Of a stretch of 64,000 bases of DNA, positions 59,316-64,000 are shown one piece after another. This stretch comes from an uncultured Actinomycetota bacterium (GTDB taxonomy: Bacteria > Actinomycetota > Actinomycetes > Mycobacteriales > SCTD01), in contig CAWAGF010000002.1 of assembly GCA_963781675.1 (NCBI GenBank), forward strand, positions 249,776-313,775. Reading direction: 5' to 3'. How positions within the stretch are numbered: the stretch's first letter is position 1; each line of letters opens with the position of its first letter. The notes under the pieces were generated by a model. The model made no database searches. It saw only the letters and a program-made list of their open reading frames with translations, and had not been told where the DNA came from. The position numbers and the translations under genes are program-made.

Positions 59316-60203
59316 GTGCGCTTGGCCGACCAGCTCCTCGAGCACGTGCACCTCACCCAGCGGCAGGTCGCCGAGACGCGCTGGCTGAAGAAGAAGGGCG
59401 ATGCCCGCACGCTGGTCTGGCCCGAGGCGGCCGAGGTCAGCAAGATCACCAAGGTCACGAGCGCCTGCAACATCTGCGGCTGGCGCGAGCGCGGCTTCGA
59501 GGGCGTGGAGCACAGCGAGTCCGCCCTGTGCCCGATCTGCGGGTCGATCGCCCGGGACCGCTTCCTCTACTGGTGCTGGACCTCCCGCACGTCGTACGAC
59601 CCGAAGGCGTCCGTGCTGGAGACCTCGCCGCGCCTGGGTGGCACCTACCGGCACCGGATGAGCGAGCGGGTCGACTACACCTGCAGCGACTACGACCTGT
59701 CGATGCACAGCGCGATGATCCAGCTCGACCTGCAGGCCATCGACCTGCCGGACGCCTCGCTCGACGTCGTCCTCACGCCGCACGTGCTCGAGCACGTGCC
59801 CGACACCGACAAGGCGCTGTCCGAGCTGTTCCGCGTCATGAAGCCGGGCGGCCACGTCTTCCTGCAGGTGCCGATCCCGCAGGCGGTCACGAAGGTCCCG
59901 GACGAGCCGGAGTACCACGGCGACATGACGCTGGTGTTCTTCCGCTTCGGGTGGGACCTGGCTGCCAGGATCCGCGAGCACGGCTTCGCCTGCGACACGC
60001 TCGTCACGCAGGAGCTGCGCGACGCCGCGGCGGCGGGCACCTGCCCGTGGACGCACGAGGGCTCGGACTGCGACGTCGAGGACCTGATGGCCGGTGCGGA
60101 CGCGTCCGCGATGACGGTCGTCGCGAGCACGCAGGAGGCGAAGCTGTACGGCTTCCGCCCGGCCTACCAGTTCGTGACGTTCGACTGCCACAAGCCGGGC
60201 TAG
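59316..60203 (+). CDS. Methyltransferase-domain protein with N-terminal CxxC...CxxC zinc-ribbon
   Basis: CNICG, CPICGS..RDR, HVLEHVPD, RVMKPGG. Confidence 0.8.
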   Translation: MRLADQLLEHVHLTQRQVAETRWLKKKGDARTLVWPEAAEVSKITKVTSACNICGWRERGFEGVEHSESALCPICGSIARDRFLYWCWTSRTSYDPKASVLETSPRLGGTYRHRMSERVDYTCSDYDLSMHSAMIQLDLQAIDLPDASLDVVLTPHVLEHVPDTDKALSELFRVMKPGGHVFLQVPIPQAVTKVPDEPEYHGDMTLVFFRFGWDLAARIREHGFACDTLVTQELRDAAAAGTCPWTHEGSDCDVEDLMAGADASAMTVVASTQEAKLYGFRPAYQFVTFDCHKPG

Positions 60204-60448
60204 AGCCCCGGCCGCTCCATGAGGTGGAGCATCTGCGCCTGCGACTGCTCCTGGTGGTCGCGCACGCACTTGGCGAGCGTGAAGCTCGACGAGACGAGGA
60301 AGAGCGCGCCGAGGGCGAGGAAGCCGCGGATCCAGCGGTCGACCGGCAGGTAGGTGATGCCGATCCCGACGGCGACAGCGGCGACGCCGAAGGAGAGGGC
60401 GGCCTGGGCGAAGAACGCGGTGGTGTTGCGCGAAGGTGTGAGGTCCAT
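60200..60448 (-). CDS. YiaA/YiaB family membrane protein
   Basis: TTAFFAQA..SF, LPVDRWIRGFL, FTLAKCVRD. Confidence 0.85.
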   Translation of the reverse strand: MDLTPSRNTTAFFAQAALSFGVAAVAVGIGITYLPVDRWIRGFLALGALFLVSSSFTLAKCVRDHQEQSQAQMLHLMERPGL

Positions 60449-60495
60449 GCCGTCAGGGTGCTGCCGGCGGCCGGGCCGCACCTGAGCAGAAGCCC

Positions 60496-62013
60496 CTAGC
60501 CCGGCCGCTTGCTGGCCTTGCAACGCGCGCGCTCGAGCGGGTTGCCGCGGCAGGCCTGCCCCTTGACCAGCACGGCGACCTCGTACGGCAGGGCGCGGTC
60601 GCCGTCCCGGGAGCCGGCCAGCCGCAGCCGGTAGGCCCCCGGCGGCACGGACCTGCCTGCGGCGTCGGTGAGGTCCCACGAAAGAGAAACGGGGCCGGCC
60701 AGCTCGTTGCGGCCGCTGGTCGTGCGCAGGACGGTGCCGTCCGCGGCCTCCACCGTGGTCGTCCAGTCGAGCGCGCCGCGGGTGCGCGCCGTCGCCGTCA
60801 CCGGACCGCGGTCGCCGCGCGGGTGCTCCCCCGCACCGGCGGAGACCGGGTCGACGAAGCCGGCGCCCAGCTTCTCGGCGACCTGCTGGCGGATGGCGCC
60901 CATCCGCGCGTAGGTCGTCGCGCCTGGGCAGGTCGTGCTGCCGGCGTCCCGGTGCCCGCTGACGACGTCGAAGGACACCTTCGTGCCGGCGCTGTACTTC
61001 GACGTGCCGCCGCCCGCGGAGGTGAGCACGGCCTTCCCGAGCGGCTCGCGGTAGGCGCTGCCCAGCTTCCAGGCGAGCACGTCGGTGAGCATCCCGACGG
61101 TGGCCGTGTCCGGCGCGACCGTCGTGAAGTCGCCGAGCAGCGAGACGGCGAAGCTGTCGGAGTTGAAGCCACCCGTGTGGGCGCCGACCACGAACGCGTC
61201 CAGCCCGCCGGCGCGGCCTTCGTACGCCCTGCCGTAGCGGTCGACGAGGTAGTTGTAGCCGATGTCGGACCAGCCGTTGCTCTTCACGTGGTAGGCGTAG
61301 ATCCCGCGGACCATGGCCGCCGCCTGCTCCCGCGTGTAGTCGTTGCTGCTGGCCGTGTGGTGCACGAAGCCCACCTTGACGGTCCTGTTGTACGAGGGCT
61401 TGCCGCGGCGGATCGACTCGTCAGCTCCCCACTGCGCGCGGGTGATGATCTGCGGCCGCGCCTCCTCGGCGTGGGCCCGGTCGCGCGGGCCGTCCACGAG
61501 CGCGTCGGCCGGTGAGGTGCCGGGGTCGACCAGCTCGATCCGCACGTCGCGCGGCGTGGTGCCGGACAGCGCGTTGACGCGCACCTGGACGCCGTCGGAC
61601 GGCCCGGTCCAGACCGGAGCGGTGCCGAGGCGGAAGTCCGGCCCGCGGGCGTCGGCGCTGCCGGCGTCGGGGGCGTCGTCGGACTCGGCCTCGACGCTCT
61701 CCCAGTCCGACCAGCGGCCGGCGGCGCGGTGCCGCACCAGCACCTCGACGTCGCCGATGCCGGCGTCCGGCGCCCAGGTGACGCCCATGAGCGAGAACGG
61801 CCTGGTGTCGCGCGCCGAGCTCAGGTAGGCGGGCCTGACCTTGACGGAGCCGAGGGTGCGCAGGGCGGTCGCGTCGACCGCGCCGATCGGGATCCGCTCG
61901 ACGCTGGCCGGCACCGGGCGGGGCGCGGCACCTGCCGTCGTGAGGGTCGGCAGGGAGACCAGGACGGTCGACAGGGCGGCGACGAACAGGAGGAACGTGA
62001 GCAGGCGGCGCAC
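60496..62013 (-). CDS. N-acetylmuramoyl-L-alanine amidase (PGRP/Amidase_2) with C-terminal FlgD-Ig-like domain
   Basis: ITRAQWGADE, FVHHTA, GWSDIGYN, GAHTGGFN, GHRD..TTCPG; WDLTDAAGRSVPPGAY. Confidence 0.9.
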   Translation of the reverse strand: MRRLLTFLLFVAALSTVLVSLPTLTTAGAAPRPVPASVERIPIGAVDATALRTLGSVKVRPAYLSSARDTRPFSLMGVTWAPDAGIGDVEVLVRHRAAGRWSDWESVEAESDDAPDAGSADARGPDFRLGTAPVWTGPSDGVQVRVNALSGTTPRDVRIELVDPGTSPADALVDGPRDRAHAEEARPQIITRAQWGADESIRRGKPSYNRTVKVGFVHHTASSNDYTREQAAAMVRGIYAYHVKSNGWSDIGYNYLVDRYGRAYEGRAGGLDAFVVGAHTGGFNSDSFAVSLLGDFTTVAPDTATVGMLTDVLAWKLGSAYREPLGKAVLTSAGGGTSKYSAGTKVSFDVVSGHRDAGSTTCPGATTYARMGAIRQQVAEKLGAGFVDPVSAGAGEHPRGDRGPVTATARTRGALDWTTTVEAADGTVLRTTSGRNELAGPVSLSWDLTDAAGRSVPPGAYRLRLAGSRDGDRALPYEVAVLVKGQACRGNPLERARCKASKRPG

Positions 62014-62136
62014 GGGAAGGACTCCAGACAGCTGGACGGCCGGACGTGTGAGGTCACCGCGGCTTCCCCACCGCGGCGTCCCCGTCCACTGTCACCCATG
62101 CCGCCCGAGAATGCGGGGAGTCGGGCGAAGCGTGTC

Positions 62137-64000
62137 CTAGCGGACAGCCGTCGCGCGCACCGGTGAGGCGTTCCCGTCCGAGCGGGCGTACCAGGAGTGC
62201 GGGCTCGTCGGCGCGAAGGAGGTCGTCCAGCGGCCGTCGCTGCCGGCCGTGACGGTGCGGCCGACGCGGAACGTCGGCAGGTCGCGGTCGCGCCGGCCGC
62301 CCACGGTGAGCGACGGCCCGCTGTCGCGGCGGAACAGCACCTCGACGGCCGCGCCCGGCCGGGCGGTGCCGGAGAGGGCCACCGGGGTGCCTCGCCGGAC
62401 GGCGGCCGCCCCGGCCACGGTGGGGGCCACCGTGGTGCGGCGCAGGGTGCCGACGCGGCTGGCGGCGAGGGGGCGGTACTCGTACTCGTCGTCCGCGGCG
62501 TAGCTGGTGCTGAACGTGCCGAAGCGGTCGGCGGTCAGGGTGGTGCGCGTGAAGGCGGCCGCGCCACGCCGGCGGGACTCGACGACGACGCTGTCGCCGG
62601 GGCGGGCGTGGCCGGCGAGCTGGACCTTCGTGCCGAGCGGTGCGCTCGGCGGGCCGACGACGACGGGGATCGTCAGGGTGGCGGTGTCGGGGGAGCCGGC
62701 GCCGCCGGAGGACGCCCAGTACTCGTGGTCGTCGACGCCGACGTACGAGGTGCTCCAGCGGCCGGCGCCGTCGAAGCGGCCCTCGCGCAGGCGGCTCCAC
62801 GTCTCGGAGCCGCGCCGGCGGAACCACAGCTCGACCGGCGCACCAGCCGGGCCGCTGACCGTGACGGCGACGCTGCTGCCGGCCTCGACGGCCTTGGGCG
62901 CGCTGACGGTCAGCCGCGGCGCGGCGGGCGCGACCTGCGCCGGAAGCGTGGACAGGCGGGTGCGGACGCGCTTGCTGGTCCGCCCGCCGGAGACGGCGAA
63001 GTAGCTGTACTCGTCGTTCGCGACGAAGCTCGTGCGGAAGGTGCCGTCGGGGGCGAGCTCGGCGGCGCGGCGGCGCGTGTAGGCGCCCTCGCCGCGGCGC
63101 GCGAACCACACCTCCACCTCCTGGCCCGGCTCGCCCTGCACGACGACCTCGACGGTGCGGCCCGGCTCCACGCCGGCGGGTGCGGTCACGTCGAGGCCGT
63201 TCGGCACCTCGCCGACCAGCGTCGTCGCGTCGGCGCTGGTGACCGACGAGCTCTTCACGAAGTACTCGTGCGGCAGGTCGGCGGTGTAGCTGGTCGTGTA
63301 CGTCCCCGTGGCGTCGAGCACGCCGGCCCGGCGCTGGACGAACGCCGCGTCGCCCTGCCGCCGGAACCACACGGTGACGGCGACGCCGGCCGGCCCCTTC
63401 GCGGTGAGCAGCACGTCGCTGCCGGCCTTGGCCGTGACCGGTCCCTGGATGCGGAGCACCGACGGCGTGCCGGTGGTGGCCGTGCTGGTGGTGCCGGCGC
63501 GGGTGGAACGGCGCGGCGAGGCGACGCCGCCCGAGATCGCGAAGAAGGAGTAGTCGTCGTCGGCGGGGAAGCTCGTGCGGTAGGCGCCGGTGCCGGAGAG
63601 CACCGCGTCGCGCCGCTTGCTGAAGCCGGCGTCGCCCTTGCGGCTGAACCACACCTCGACCGGGGCGCCCGGGGTGCCGCCCGTGACCGTGAGCGGCACG
63701 GTGCTGCCGGGGGTGGCGCTGGTCGGCGCCGACACCTCGAGCGACGTCGGCCCGAGGTCGATCGCGCCGGCGCCGCCCGCCAGCGCGGCGGCGCGCTCGC
63801 GGATCTGCGGCAGCGCGGCGAAGCCCAGCGTCCCCGGGCAGGAGGTCATGCTGACCTGCCGGTGCGCGAACACCGTGGGAAGCGGCACCGGGGTGCCGGC
63901 GGCGTAGCGGGTGCTTCCGCCGGAGGTCATCGTGAGGCTGCCGCGCGGGTCGACGCCGGCCAGCGAGAGCCGCCAGGCCGCCACCTGCGCCACCGACTCC
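62137..64000 (-). CDS. Probable second amidase (5' end outside the window) with six tandem 80-90 aa repeats
   Basis: Amidase C-terminal end AAWRL..GVDP..SGGSTRY..AHRQVSMTSCPG, followed by repeats of V.VWF.R.G...RR...G...TS...D.Y. Confidence 0.8.
   Translation of the reverse strand, partial: ESVAQVAAWRLSLAGVDPRGSLTMTSGGSTRYAAGTPVPLPTVFAHRQVSMTSCPGTLGFAALPQIRERAAALAGGAGAIDLGPTSLEVSAPTSATPGSTVPLTVTGGTPGAPVEVWFSRKGDAGFSKRRDAVLSGTGAYRTSFPADDDYSFFAISGGVASPRRSTRAGTTSTATTGTPSVLRIQGPVTAKAGSDVLLTAKGPAGVAVTVWFRRQGDAAFVQRRAGVLDATGTYTTSYTADLPHEYFVKSSSVTSADATTLVGEVPNGLDVTAPAGVEPGRTVEVVVQGEPGQEVEVWFARRGEGAYTRRRAAELAPDGTFRTSFVANDEYSYFAVSGGRTSKRVRTRLSTLPAQVAPAAPRLTVSAPKAVEAGSSVAVTVSGPAGAPVELWFRRRGSETWSRLREGRFDGAGRWSTSYVGVDDHEYWASSGGAGSPDTATLTIPVVVGPPSAPLGTKVQLAGHARPGDSVVVESRRRGAAAFTRTTLTADRFGTFSTSYAADDEYEYRPLAASRVGTLRRTTVAPTVAGAAAVRRGTPVALSGTARPGAAVEVLFRRDSGPSLTVGGRRDRDLPTFRVGRTVTAGSDGRWTTSFAPTSPHSWYARSDGNASPVRATAVR

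Noticed and set aside
1-64000. tRNA, rRNA or riboswitch genes
   Set aside because: None recognised by eye; an Infernal or tRNAscan run would be needed to exclude them.

Overview
High-GC actinobacterial chromosomal segment in three parts. (1) 1-19 kb, mostly housekeeping: coenzyme F420 biosynthesis (fbiC, fbiA/cofD, fbiB), scoAB, a SigJ/ECF41 + CMD pair, a phosphotransferase, a histidine phosphatase, an F420-dependent oxidoreductase, an acyl-CoA dehydrogenase, and a frameshifted Brp/Blh carotenoid dioxygenase. (2) A large cell-envelope glycan locus (about 18.9-42.7 kb and 56.7-64 kb): manC, wbbL-like, many GT2/GT4/GT-C glycosyltransferases, a Wzm/Wzt ABC exporter, methyl- and acyltransferases, SpoIID/LytB and two peptidoglycan amidases. 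(3) A roughly 14-kb accessory island (42.7-56.7 kb) inserted into that locus, bracketed by a 23-bp imperfect direct repeat and with no recognisable integrase or transposase. The most unusual signal is inside the island: five exact, co-oriented, strictly intergenic copies of CGCACCCGCCCCGCC (consensus TGATCGCACCCGCCCCGCCT), plus one degenerate copy, that divide it into self-contained gene or operon modules, which suggests a cassette-accretion system. Also notable: a beta-rich domain inserted into both GT4 and GT2 enzymes, apparently circularly permuted between them, and a six-fold repeated domain on an amidase. All calls come from motif recognition by eye; no database searches were run. Several single-base frameshifts may be sequencing errors.
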